A DNA stretch of 63,987 bases, filler included, from Octopus bimaculoides (GCF_001194135.2; 9 parts of 8 records of this genome joined end to end with filler, not necessarily neighbours in it), one strand, 5' to 3'. Counted from the first letter of the whole stretch, positions 26,716 to 40,158 are shown. A program made the numbers and translations. The notes: a model not told the origin generated them from the sequence alone.

Positions 26716-29106
26716 CTGTGCATTACATGTGATACACTGGGGTCCATATATCATATACGATACACATTCTCATTTATTTTCAATCTCCAGAGTAACTTGG
26801 GATGTATGAAAGGGAAAGCTTTATTTTACTCTGGATGTCTAAAGTCAGGCTAAGTCTGAAAACAAGCTTGGACATTTAGGACAAACTTATGGACAGGCAA
26901 AGGGTTAACATATTCTAGGACAGCCTTGTTATTTTCACACACATTAAATCTTTTTCTAACCTAAACATCTCTCTCTCTCTTTTCTTTTTTTATTTCCTTG
27001 TAGATCACAGCTGTAATTCTTTATTCTCTCTTACTTCTAAACTTCAACAATTCTTCGAGTCGCGGTTTTATTATCTCTCCGTCTAAATAACATAATTTGG
27101 AATATTCTTTTATTTTCTTTTATAATTATTCATTATGTTCGAAGATGCATTCCCATTTTTAAAATCCTTTAATCTGTTCTGTCTTCGGTAAAATTTCCGG
27201 CATTCATCTTTTTCTTAATTCTGCGACTTCCTGCCTGACTTTGATCTAATATTTCCTGAATATTTGTGTTTCCGTTTTAAAATTTGAGTTTTCTTCATCT
27301 ATTTCTCTTATTATTACCAGAACATTTTTTACTATTCGTCTTATTCTTCGTCTTTTCTTCTTTTGGCTGTGACTTCTCACAACTCTGCGTCTGTACTATT
27401 TAAATATTTCACAACGACAACTGTGTAAACGACTTAGATTTCCATATTAGTTTATTTTTATTTCCAAAAATTCCAAGTGTTCTGTTAGTTAAAGTATATA
27501 GCAACATTCTGCTTAAACTTCAAATAGCTGAGACACCTCCCTAAAATCCGACACAATTCCCTGATTATATGACCGGCCCTAACTGCTTTTTGATTTAGAA
27601 ACAAAAAATAATTGTAACAACTTCGATTATAGTCTTGCTTGATGAATGTTGAACTGATATTGGATATTGTAATCTGGAATAAACTATCCCGGGGAAAAAA
27701 ACTGGGTGATTCCAGGAAATGCCATTAATTATAGGACTTTGGTACCCAGGCTTATTTGAGAGGTATACAAAAACTAAAACCAGAAAATTATGGAATATAG
27801 CCGCTACTGATAGAACACCTTTTATCATAGATTCACTCAAACAATACTGGACTGGACTAAACAACAAGATAGGATACATTAAGGATGGGCCCTCTCTCAT
27901 CGCTTCCACGAATGAGGTATTCCAAGTTCAATGTTTTGTCGTGTTCTGTGAAGGCAAGGAATCCACATTTGCCCCAGAACTGTGAAATACCACCATTACC
28001 CTGTGGCTGCCTGCGTACAGGATCAAAGATGAAGACTTCTCGTTGCATCCCCTACCTGTCTCCGCTACCTATTTTCCTATCGCCATTGAATTTTGAAGAA
28101 AAAAGTGATGGTGTTGGTGGTGGTGCATTGGTTTTCTGAACAACCTACACAATATTATCATAGTGGGTATGATTTATAAAGAACCGGTCCCATTCTCTTG
28201 TCCTTTAAACATGTATTGCTCTGGTGCAACAAGTACCATGAGCTCAGTAGTTCTCAGGATGTAGATGTAGATATCGAGTTATTTTCTCTTAGTTGACCAG
28301 ATAAAGAACTGAAGAGCCTCATATGCCCTGAGTCCATTGGACTGTCTGGGAGCTACAGTCTTCCGGGGGCATTTTTGTGATCCATAGCTGAGATCCTGAC
28401 AGGTGCTCCTACTTGAGGACAGAGTAGACTTGAAGACAATAGTGGCTAAGAGGTACTTCCACACTCATCAGAACTTTGGAATACCTGTGCCAAGGTCCTC
28501 ATTACCCGATGCAATTTAAAGTCGTACCCATGACAAGGCTCAATCTTCAAATCACAGATGGTTCCGCATGATTTTGTTCAGAGTGGACCATGTCTTACGA
28601 TCACAAGGCCCACGCACTTAGCTACCCCCCTTCACCAGAGGCTCCACTGGGATTGGTAACGTGATGGATCTGATTAGGGTAGTTGCAGCGGGCTGTCGGA
28701 TGTCTCAGATATAATCGAGATCCGTCTTGTTTGCGCCATCCCACGTAGCAGCGGTGGTTTTATATCGGACTTTCTTTCTCCTAGACGAACTAACTTCCAG
28801 GCTGACGAAAACACACATACTAGTTAATCCATACCTAAGACCCTAACAGGTGATCTTACTCCAGACCTAGGAACAATAGAAGCCAAGATGTGTTTCCACA
28901 CTCCTCAAAACATTGGAACTCCCGAACCAGGGCCCCACTACTAGATGCAGTTTAAAATCTCACCCAGGATATACATTATATAATGTAATCCTAGATACAC
29001 TGAATCTATAAAAACGAGTGGTTAGTCATAGCCAGTACATTTTTGATTGTTGATCTTTTAAATTGGGATTAAACTACAACAAATAACGAGAATGGAGACT
29101 TTATAT

Positions 29107-29445
29107 CAGGGGTCCTCAAACATTTTTTTTATCTATGGATCCCCTTGGTTACTATTTTATTCTGGTTAACCCCAATAGCCATTCGATGTTTAAAAACTAG
29201 TTTTATAACTACTTCTTTCAAAATTTTTATTTTGTTGTTCCCTCACCCGTTTGTGTTGGTTGAACTCTGTAAAATGTTAGAGAAAGAAACCTAGCTATTT
29301 CTTGCTATACATACCAATACAAACATCTTTTTAGTGGACCTTAAAATATCATTGTGGATCCCCAATTTACTATTTTGTAGGGTGGATCCCCAAAAATCTT
29401 ATATGGGCCCTCAGTGGCCAGGTGGACCCCGATTGAAAATCACTG
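29107..29445. mobile_element. hAT (Charlie-like) MITE with 8-bp TSD
   Basis: Termini CAGGGGTCCTCAAAC ... GATTGAAAATCACTG form an imperfect TIR. CTTTATAT is duplicated at 29099-29106 and 29446-29453. Confidence 0.85.
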
Positions 29446-29759
29446 CTTTATATAATAGAATCCTAAATACACGATTTTTAATATAAACGATAGGGTGATT
29501 ATCGCTGAGACATTTTGATTACATGTTTAACGGATTAGAGAAGACCTGAGGCTAAGCAACAGCAACAAGAAAACTTTAATGTACTTCCTCGATATAGTCT
29601 TCTATTAATGGCAGTGTCCCAGCATGGTCACAGCCTATGGCTGAAACCGATAATAGAATAATAGAATTGTATTTCTATTAACTGCGTGAACTACAGAAAA
29701 ACCGTCATATATTCCTTTTGTACGATCTCATCCCATACAAGGCTTGAGGTCATTGTAGC

Positions 29760-30450
29760 GTAAGGGGCCACAAAGAAGTTAGGGAAAAGATGCCTACAAA
29801 TTCAAAGTATGTCGACTGATGGAAGTCATGAACAAGAAGGCGGCGAGCTGGCAGAAACGTTAGCACGCCGGACGAAATGCTTAGCGGTATTTCGTCTGCC
29901 GTTACGTTCTGAGTTCAAATTCCGCCGAGGTCGACTTGCCTTTCATCCTTTCAGGGTCGATTAAATAAGTACCAGTTACGCACCGGGGTCGATGTAATCG
30001 ACTTAATCCCTTTGTCTGTCTTTGTTTGTCCCCTCTGTGTTTAGCCCCTTGTGGGCAATAAAGAGATAAAGAAATAAGAAGTCATGAACAAGGAGAAAAC
30101 AGACGATGGTCATAAATAAGTTCAGAAGAGCAGTGGTTCGAGGTAAAAAGCTATTAGAATAAAGGACTTAAGGTTGACAGGAAGCACAGCAGAGAAACAA
30201 TGCATCTGGAAGGAGAAGCTGGTGATATGTATAAAGATGGCACTAGACTAGAAAGTTCATCAGAGGAATGACCGTGGAAATATTTATAGAAAAGATACAA
30301 CGAAGGTACATTTCAGCGATAAGCCAGATACTTCAATTTCCTAGAAAGCTGACACCCCATATTAACAACTTGATTCTGAATTCGAAAACAAAATGATGGT
30401 AAAGAGTTCCAGAGTGTAGCAGTTCAAGAAAAGAAACTAATAGATTATAT
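29760..30450 (-). mobile_element. Degenerate CR1/L2-like LINE 3' fragment interrupted by a SINE
   Basis: Minus-strand YSNSFLPRTTAL (matching the Y.NSFFPRT..LWN motif), split by the SINE at 29837-30077. Confidence 0.5.
29837..30077 (+). mobile_element. tRNA-headed SINE family A, full length with 15-bp TSD
   Basis: The head aaggcggcgagctggcagaaacgttagc contains an A box, and gagttcaaattcc is a B box. GAAGTCATGAACAAG is duplicated at 29822-29836 and 30078-30092. Confidence 0.92.
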
Positions 30451-30689
30451 AAGAAACAGGAATCTCAACAGAGAAATGATTCACCTGGGGAGAGAACCAG
30501 TTGACGCGTTTGAAGGTCTTGATAGGGGTTGATAAGCCAGAAATTATATCAGAAAAATGAATATGGAAAACATTATAGAAATACAAAACGAAGACATTTC
30601 ACTGATGAGTCAAAAAGGATAAAATCCTACCGGACCAATTTTACACAAAAATATCAACTAATGAATACTTTTACTTTTTACTTGTATAC

Positions 30690-31082
30690 TTTTATACTTG
30701 TTTCAGTCTTTTGACTGTGGCCATGCTGGAGCACCACCTTTAGTCGAGAAAATCGACCCCAGGACTTATTCTTTGTAAGCCTAGTACTTATTCTATCGGT
30801 CTCTTTTTGCCGAACCGCAAAGTTACGGGGACGTAAACACACCAGCATTGGTTGTTAAGCGATGGTGGGGGGACAAGCACAGACACAAACACACACACAT
30901 ACATATATATATACATATATACGACAGGCGTCTTTCAGTTTCCGTCTACCAAATCCACTCACAAGGCTTTGGTCGGCCCGAGGCTGTAGTAGAAGACACT
31001 TGCCCAAGGTGCCACGCAGTGGAACTGAACCCGGAACCATGTGGTTGGTAAGTAAGCTACTTACCACACAGCCACTCCTGCG
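30690..31082 (-). mobile_element. tRNA-headed SINE family B, full length
   Basis: Reverse complement of gcaggagtggctgtgtggtaag (A box)...ggttcagttcc (B box)...internal (TA/TG)n...ccagcatggccacagtcaaaagactgaaacaagta. Confidence 0.9.
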
Positions 31083-31340
31083 ACTTTGTTAATGAAATTT
31101 CACTTTTCTAAAATATTTTTATTGTAAACAAAGAACAATATCCCGTGGGACATTAACTGCCTGGGAATTTTGTCCAGGGGATTTTGTCCGACAAGTAATT
31201 CTGCGCAAGACAAATTAATTGATATTTGAATCTGTTAATATGTGTTAGTCTATTGTTGAAGAAGGGTTTGCGTTTCACAACTAATGGTTGCAAGACGTTG
31301 GAAAAAATAATCCCTTAAACTGCGTAAATCTCCATTTACA

Positions 31341-33125
31341 ACTAAGTATGTAAGTGAAGTGATTCGACTAAACATGTAAGTGGTTCGGCTAAACATGTAA
31401 GTTGTTCGGCTAAACATGTAAGTGGTTCGGCTAAACATGTAAGTTGTTCGGCTAAACATGTAAGTTGTTCGGCTAAACATGTAAGTGGTTCGACTAAACA
31501 TGTAAGTGGTTCAAACTAAGTATGTAAGTGGTTTGACTAAACACGTAAGTGGTTCGGCTAAACATGTAAGTAGTTCGGCTAAACATGCAAGTGGTTCGAC
31601 TAAACATGTAAGTGGTTCAAACTAAGTATGTAAGTAGTTTGACTAAACACGTAAGTGGTTCGGCTAAACATGTAAGTGGTTCGGCTAAACATGTAAGTGG
31701 TTCGACTAAACATGTAAGTGGTTCAAACTAAGTATGTAAGTGGTTCGACTAAACACGTAAGTGGTTCGGCTAAACATGTAAGCGGTTCGACTAAACATGT
31801 AAGTGGTTCAAACTAAGTATGTAAATGGATCGACGAAACACGTAAGTGGTTCGGCTAAACATGTAAGTAGTTCGGCTAAACATGTAAGTGGTTCGACTAA
31901 ATNNNNNNNNNNNNNNNNNNNNNNNNNNNNNNNNNNNNNNNNNNNNNNNNNNNNNNNNNNNNNNNNNNNNNNNNNNNNNNNNNNNNNNNNNNNNNNNNNN
32001 NNNNNNNNNNNNNNNNNNNNNNNNNNNNNNNNNNNNNNNNNNNNNNNNNNNNNNNNNNNNNNNNNNNNNNNNNNNNNNNNNNNNNNNNNNNNNNNNNNNN
32101 NNNNNNNNNNNNNNNNNNNNNNNNNNNNNNNNNNNNNNNNNNNNNNNNNNNNNNNNNNNNNNNNNNNNNNNNNNNNNNNNNNNNNNNNNNNNNNNNNNNN
32201 NNNNNNNNNNNNNNNNNNNNNNNNNNNNNNNNNNNNNNNNNNNNNNNNNNNNNNNNNNNNNNNNNNNNNNNNNNNNNNNNNNNNNNNNNNNNNNNNNNNN
32301 NNNNNNNNNNNNNNNNNNNNNNNNNNNNNNNNNNNNNNNNNNNNNNNNNNNNNNNNNNNNNNNNNNNNNNNNNNNNNNNNNNNNNNNNNNNNNNNNNNNN
32401 NNNNNNNNNNNNNNNNNNNNNNNNNNNNNNNNNNNNNNNNNNNNNNNNNNNNNNNNNNNNNNNNNNNNNNNNNNNNNNNNNNNNNNNNNNNNNNNNNNNN
32501 NNNNNNNNNNNNNNNNNNNNNNNNNNNNNNNNNNNNNNNNNNNNNNNNNNNNNNNNNNNNNNNNNNNNNNNNNNNNNNNNNNNNNNNNNNNNNNNNNNNN
32601 NNNNNNNNNNNNNNNNNNNNNNNNNNNNNNNNNNNNNNNNNNNNNNNNNNNNNNNNNNNNNNNNNNNNNNNNNNNNNNNNNNNNNNNNNNNNNNNNNNNN
32701 NNNNNNNNNNNNNNNNNNNNNNNNNNNNNNNNNNNNNNNNNNNNNNNNNNNNNNNNNNNNNNNNNNNNNNNNNNNNNNNNNNNNNNNNNNNNNNNNNNNN
32801 NNNNNNNNNNNNNNNNNNNNNNNNNNNNNNNNNNNNNNNNNNNNNNNNNNNNNNNACTAAACATGTAAGTGGTTCAAACTAAGTATGCAAGTGGTTCGAC
32901 TAAACACGTAAGTGGTTCGGCTAAACATGTAAGTAGTTCGGCTAAACATGTAAGTGGTTCGACTAAACATGTAAGTGGTTCAAACTAGGTATGTAAGTGG
33001 TTCGACTAAACACGTAAGTGGTTCGGCTAAACATGTAAGTAGTTCGGCTAAACATGTAAGTGGTTCGACTAAATATGGAAATGGTTCAAACTAAGTATGT
33101 AAGTGTTCGACTAAACGTGTAAGTG
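31341..33125. repeat. 21-bp minisatellite (GGTTCG(A/G)CTAAACATGTAAGT) with a 106-bp higher-order repeat, spanning a gap
   Basis: The variant unit GGTTCAAACTAAGTATGTAAGT recurs at 31508, 31614, 31720 and at 32871, 32977, 33083 (period 106). Confidence 0.95.
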
Positions 33126-35041
33126 ATTTATCATAATGAGTGAAATGAATCCAAAAACAATTGTGATGAAAGCGTTCAATGATATTCATCGCACACTGTT
33201 AAGTTGAGTGCTTTTTCCTCCCGTTTGTTAACAAGATTACAAGTGAAGCACACAGCCAACCACACACACACACACACACACAAATATTTATATGCACATG
33301 TATATATACACATATATATTCAAATAAGGAAATACATATGCGCAAATACATATCTATATACGTATGTATATAATCATAAATATATAGATATATAATCACA
33401 AATATATTATATATGCTTATATATAAACACACGAAATACATGTGCGCAGACATAAATATATGCACATACACACACACAAACATATATATTTATAATTTAA
33501 AACTAACATGACGCTCTTGACTAGAGATAAAAAAAATGATTTCATAATAATTTCATACCTAATTAGTTTAACCATGTTTTATTTTGTTTATGTCCAATTG
33601 TTTCATTTTAAAACAGAGTTTGTTTACATAAACAAATATTTTGGTATTAATAATAACGCAATTATCATTATATTTGCTTTTTAATAATTTAATTAAATTC
33701 CTGACGAAAAAATAACAATTGAATTAAAAGAAGGTGCGAAAGAAGAGTATATATTTTTGATAAATTCGCAACCCCAAATTATTAGATGTGCATAGAATAG
33801 TCACTAGATAGCAGCCATGCTGGGGCACCTCCTTGAGGGATTAAATCGAAGAAAATTATCGTTCCTTCTGTGTGTGTATATATATATATATATATATGTA
33901 TATGTATATTCAAATATGAAATAGAAGCAGCGCTAATGTAGTAAACATTATCAACCACATATACTTAACGTATGCGCATTGTGCGCGCCGAATTGCAGCC
34001 AACTGGCAAAAACACGGAGAATATGCGCTAAATATATGTGGTTGATAATATTATACATATACGTCTGTATGTACATATATGTACATATACATATGTATAT
34101 GCATATGCATTTACATTCATTTACAGAAACCACACACATGTATGTATGAATTCATATATACATGTATACCTGATCATGAAGAAGAGCGACATACCTTCAA
34201 ATGGCTATGTAAACTGATCCTTGACGCAGCATGATTTTTTTCTTTCTGACTACACTAACTAGTTTTAAAGTGAGAGCCAGTTCGCACCATCCGATCCCAC
34301 TCTTTATATTTGGAGGCCTGTCGGGTTAGCCAATGTGCTCAGCTGTGGTGATCAGCAAGTTGTAGCATTTACACAGCAGTGGCCTTCTCTTAGATAAATT
34401 GTCTTACAGGGCTGGAGAGCTGACTGGAGAGCTGGCTGGAGAGCTGGCTGGAGCTGCGCGAAGCGTGTCAAAGAGGGCAGCGGATTGCCTGACAAACTCA
34501 CTCCTCGATTTGTTGTCAAGTTTGATTCTCCTAACTTTTTCCTTTCTCAAGGCATTCACAAGGCAGTGAGGATTTGTGCTTGGGATTTCTTCCAGAAGAT
34601 ACTAATTAACCCGCAAATGGGACCCTCCCAGTCAGATTAGGCCGGGGAGTAAAAGTGGATTAGAGGTTTTACACTCCTCAAAATCTTGGATCTTCTGAAC
34701 CAATGTTTTACTACCCGGATGCGGTTTAAGGTCATTCCCAGAGCATGCTATGATCCCGTATGCTGTGTTATAGAGAAGCATTCGTCTATGAGTATTCCAC
34801 AGTATTTTGTTTCCTATAGACCTGTCTTGGTTCAGCCGATCTGTGATGTAAACACTCCTCTGTGTTTCTATATTCTTTGAATACATTAGACTATATGTTC
34901 CTCCTTCTCTAATGCGACAACGTTAGAATTTTAGGGAATTTGATAGTTACTTTTGTAGTTTGCGTGAGACTGTGTGGCTTTTTTCACCGAGGCTTCTATT
35001 TGTCATAAATTCCAGTGGCTTTTTAGTGGCTATCTCGCAGG

Positions 35042-35072
<31 letters not shown>

Positions 35073-35172
35073 NNNNNNNNNNNNNNNNNNNNNNNNNNNN
35101 NNNNNNNNNNNNNNNNTTAATTAATTAANNNNNNNNNNNNNNNNNNNNNNNNNNNNNNNNNNNNNNNNNNNN

Positions 35173-36254
35173 CGGCGTCACTTCAACATTCACCGAAATC
35201 AGGCGGTCCCCACCGCAATCTTACGTTGGGTGAATGCACTTTAATATACGAGATACACTAATGAATAGGAGACCGATAGGGGTGCCACGAACGGTACGGA
35301 CCCCGGAAAATGTGGAACGCGTTAGACAAGCTTTGATACGGAGTCCGAATCGCTCTGCTCGGAGGTATTCCACTGAACTTGGCATCGGTAATCGATCAGT
35401 AAGGTATATTTTGCATGAAGACCCGCATTTCCACCAGTACAAATTAGTCACTGGGCAACAGTTGAAACCATGGGACTATGCACAGCGGCTTAACTTCGAC
35501 GTCAGATGGAAGCAATTTTTGAGGCAAATGACAACTTCATTTTGCTAATGAGCGATGAAGCTCATTTTCATTTCAATGGCATGGTGAATCAACAGAACTG
35601 TCGTTACTGAGCTCTTGAAAATCCGAGAGAACTGCACGAAAGACCACTAAGTCTGGTGTGCTGTGACGGTCTGGTGTGCTGTTGGAAAAGCTGCCGTCAT
35701 TGGTCCTTATTTTTTTTAAAGACAGTAATGGAAATGCTGTTACTGTAAACTTCGAACGTTACATCGAGAAGATAAACAACTTCTTTATGCCTGAATTACG
35801 ATGAAAACGTATACCTATCCGACGTGTGTGGTTTCAGCAGGATGGGGCGACAGTCCACACAGCCAAAACATCAATGGACGTTCTTCGCCTTCTCTTCGGT
35901 GATCGTCTCATTTCCAGGTTTGCTGACATTCCTTGGACCCCTCGGTCTCCTGATTTGTCCATGTGTGATTATTTCTTGTGGGGCAAACCTCAAGGAACGT
36001 GTGTATACGCATAAGCCCCGTACATTGGACGATTTGAAGGAAGTTATTTGCGTGGAAGTCGCCCAAATCGACAGAGCAATACTGGAGAGAGTAGAGGCCA
36101 ACTTCCAAGAGCGCCTTCAGAAATGCATCGGGGAAAATGGACACCACATGCTGGATGTTATTTTCCACACTTGATTTTGACAAATATTAATTCAATACGA
36201 ACATACTGATTTTGTGAATTTTTCAAAAACGTTCGTCCTCTTTGTCCCACTCTG
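35173..36254 (+). mobile_element. Tc1/mariner rosa-type (DD41D) transposon, frameshifted
   Basis: RTVRTPENVERVRQALIRSP, then MSDEAHFH, then WFQQDGAT...WTPRSPDLSMCDYFLWG with 41 residues between the second and third Asp. The right end cccactctg|TA is at 36254. The left end is in the gap. Confidence 0.9.
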
Positions 36255-36544
36255 TAGAAGAAATCAAAGCAGGTCTGAACCCAAAACCACATGACTGCAA
36301 AGCCAACTTCCTAACCATCCAGCCATGCTTGCACCTTTATGGCATATTAACACAGTCGGATTACAGTCTGAGACCGAAATTCATCAGGTGTAGAAAATCC
36401 TGGTTTCACGACAGTAAAACTGTTGTGTGGGTTTAGCGAAGATTAAAATATAATCCAGATAAGAAGACAAAGAAATACTTTAACACATCTTTAATGAAAG
36501 ATGTGCTAAAGTATTTTCTTTGTCTTATAATTTGGATTTATATA

Positions 36545-36910
36545 CAAGGCAGTGAGCTGGCAGAATGTCGGGCGAAATGCTTAGCGGTATTTCATCTGTC
36601 TTCGTGTTCTGAGTTCAAATGCCGCTGAGGTTGACTTTGCCTTTCATCCTTTCAGGGTCGATTAAATAAGTACCAGTTACGCACTGGGGTCAATGTAATC
36701 CCCTCCCCCATATTTGAAACCTTGTGCTTCCAGTAGAAAGAATTATTTGAATTTATATAGGCGCAGTCATGGCTGTGTGGTAAGAAGCTCGCTTCCCAAC
36801 CACATGGTTCCGGGTTCAGTCTCATTGCTTGGGCAAATGCCTTCTACCATGGCCTCGGGCCAACCAAAGCGTTGTGAACGGATTCGGTAGACGAAAAGGG
36901 AAGAAACCCG
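36545..36910 (+). mobile_element. SINE family A followed by the 5' half of SINE family B
   Basis: aaggcagtgagctggcagaa... at 36545; gcgcagtcatggctgtgtggtaag... at about 36760. Confidence 0.8.
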
Positions 36911-37342
36911 TCTTTGTGCTCCTCTCGAACTGTGCTTTCTAAGCATTTCTATCGAATTCCCTGCGAGTTAACACGGGATCTCTTAACGACAATGTAAACT
37001 TCATACAATCAAGGTATCCTTGACCGGAAGAATAGCTTGCGGTCTAACCCTCGTTTGGATAATTACTACTTCCGAGGTTCCGCTAGCTATGAAACATGAA
37101 TAGCCTGAATTTTATTTACTCAATTGCCTAATTTTGGGATGTTTATTCCCATATATAACTACCCTAGTTGCCAACCGTGGACTATAAAGTAAACTTTTTC
37201 AGCTTATCGTACTTCGATACGGGAAAAATTCACAACCCTCTGCACCAATACACCACTACTGTTCCTGAAAGTTGTTTTTTATATCTTCTACGAACTGCTT
37301 GAGGCTCTCTAACTTCCTACACTTTGATCCGTGGAGCTTACC

Positions 37343-37399
<57 letters not shown>

Positions 37400-37415
37400 A
37401 CACACACACACGCAC

Positions 37416-37483
<68 letters not shown>

Positions 37484-40126
37484 CTACCGAATCCCCAGCG
37501 AGTTAACACGGCATCTCTGACGACAATGTAAACTTCATACAATCAAGGTATTCTTGGCCTGAAGAGTAACTTGCAGTCTACCTCTCGTTTGGATATTTTA
37601 CTATCCTCAAAGCAACGAAATATTTCGCTTTTTTACTTTAGGAAAGCTTCCAGATCGTGTGAATTGTTTAGAATGGTTCTCCCTTAGCCCAAGCAAAGCT
37701 AGCAACGTCTACTTCCATTCAGGTATAGCTCACCCACACTGTTCCAAAAGGTTCCAGTTGATTTTGTGCAGCGTTCTTCTTGTTTTAATTACCATATGTA
37801 ACTGGCTAACGTTGTAACATTACGCCTATCTTGGATTCTAAATCAGTATTTATTCCCCAACACAATCGTAACAGCTACTACTATCATCATCGCATAGTGG
37901 AGGTCAAGTCGGTTTCTTTTTAAAAAAGATTGAAATGGGATGTGGAAGAAAAAAGGTTGAGAAACGCTTGTATAGTGTTACGAATATGTGAGCATATGAA
38001 TAATATTGTTGTCAGTTGGTTTTAGAGTACACAGGCGGGTAAATGATATTGTTCTCGGCTGCCTTTTAAGTTTTTGAATAGTTTTATAGGCCTGAGTATA
38101 TAAAAGAAGATCAGTTCAGGTTTTAATTTCCGTGTGGGTTCAAAATAGAGCAATACGGCAAACTTCTTCAGGTGCAGTTTCCATTCTGATCCTGTTTCAA
38201 TCCTGTCTAAAGAATAGCACAATAAAATTATATACTAACAATAACTGGAACGTGGAGAAAGAGCCTCTGTAGTAAACACACGAATGAGGTTAATAACTGT
38301 ATATCATTTACAAATGTATATTATATATAGATGGCAAAAAAAAAAAAAAAAGAATATCAAGTTGTTATTGTTGTTTACGGATCGATATGTATAACTGCAA
38401 ATAATCATCAGTTTACAGTTGGAAAAATTTTCGTTTGGTTGCATTGCCGAATTCAACGTATCCTGTGGACCTGAGGTTAAAAACGGGTGTTCGAGCCCCT
38501 GAGGCCGTTCAATGTTGTGAACCCCTTAGGCAGTTCAACGTTGTGAGCCTCCGAGGCAGTTCAACGTTGTGTTCTGGCAAATCCTGCAACGACACATACC
38601 AAAATATAATGGCCATGTTGTTTCTTTGGATTTATCAGTGACATGGAGAGTGGAGGACATGCTGCATGAGCAACAACCTGTCCTCCATACCATACTGTCC
38701 AAGCATGGATCTTATCGAACACCTTATACTGGAGAGTTAGCACCGGACAGCACACTAGAAAGGACACTTCAGCTTCGCTTACGCTAACACAATACGGAGA
38801 GTAATACTTATAGGTTATAGGCCATGAAGGATCACCGGAACAGCCTACAAATTCGGTTTTTGTGTCAGAGACTGTTATTCGTGCTTCAGACTGTTCAGCA
38901 ATAGATAGCGCAGTTCCAGTACAGTGGACATCTAGGATTTTCATCCATCGTCATTGATGACAGTCAGAGGCTTCAAACGGTCTGAGGAAACAAATGAGAA
39001 TGCATGTCAGTGTGTTTCAGAATCTTCTTATTGCCTCAACTTACCTTACTAGGGACTGACTCTGGATTGTGGTTGTGTCAACGGTCTATATATAAGAATG
39101 AGACACATATATTCATCTATACATTCATCTGTACATACTTCATTAAATTCATAGCAGACTGGTACTCACAGCTTGGTTGGGTATTACTAGATGACAAATG
39201 ACTTCACTAACACCAGAATGCTATGTCTACATCGATCCAGCGAGAAAGCTTGGACGTGGTCGTTGAACCTATTAAATATATAGGCCAAATCGCTTTCAAA
39301 TCCACCTCCTTATTGTCTTAAAAAAAGAAAGATATTAGATAATTTAATTCTGGATGGTTGATTTTTTTGTTATTGATTGTATAACAGAGATCATAACTTA
39401 ACTACTTCTGCTGTGTCCGGGCTACTTCCAGAAGCAAGAGCCTAACTCCAAGTACACTTACCACATCTCCACTCATAGATACATCACAAAGGGAAAACAA
39501 ATCAACATACTCGCAGCATCCATGGAGCTGCAGGGGATATCAGATATTGTTTAAGTATAACCGTATATATCTGCTTTAGGATCCCTCACTCCGGATGTTC
39601 TATAGGATTTTGCTCCTTTAGACTTTTTTGTAGCTGCTGAATAAATTACTGCACAAGGCAGCGAGGTTTATTATAGTAGTGAGCGTGGTTTTTTTGTCTT
39701 ATTCTCTCGTACTTCAAATTTTCATGAGCAGCAAAATAGCTGAAGGGCCTCATCCACCAAGGAGTTCCGAGACAGGCTAATTAACCCATAAATGGGATCT
39801 TAAAAGGTACTAATATTCCGGTACAGAGTAAATCTGGGAACAATTGTGGCTCGAAACTCTGGAACTCTAGAACTAAAGCCCAACTCCCGGATGCAGTTTA
39901 AAGTCATACACATATACAATATGTCTTTTAAAAGAAAGGCATGACCGCAGTTATAACGCTTTCAATCATAGGCATGCTTGATCAAAGCTGTCCTGTGGCT
40001 ATAGTCCTACATGTACTACATCTTTAAAAAGCGTAAGGCAAGACGTTCACTGCTGGAATGTTTTTCATAAAAACCTAACATATTGACCCGCGAATAAGCA
40101 ACATTAATCATGCATGCATACATACA

Positions 40127-40158
<32 letters not shown>

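Noticed and set aside
27595-28139. Overlapping ORFs 27719-27985 and 27595-27909 as host exons
   Set aside because: No recognisable domain, and the upstream frame reads LDIVIWNK, resembling the PDIV.W motif of a decayed RLE retrotransposon. Too degenerate to call either way.
30600-30640. CTGATGAGTC...GGATAAAA as an active hammerhead
   Set aside because: GAAA and the cleavage-site uridine are missing and stem I does not pair.
31250-31501. (MFSRTTY)n repeat protein
   Set aside because: It is a by-product of a 21-bp unit; the 22-bp variant breaks the frame and there is no promoter or splice evidence.
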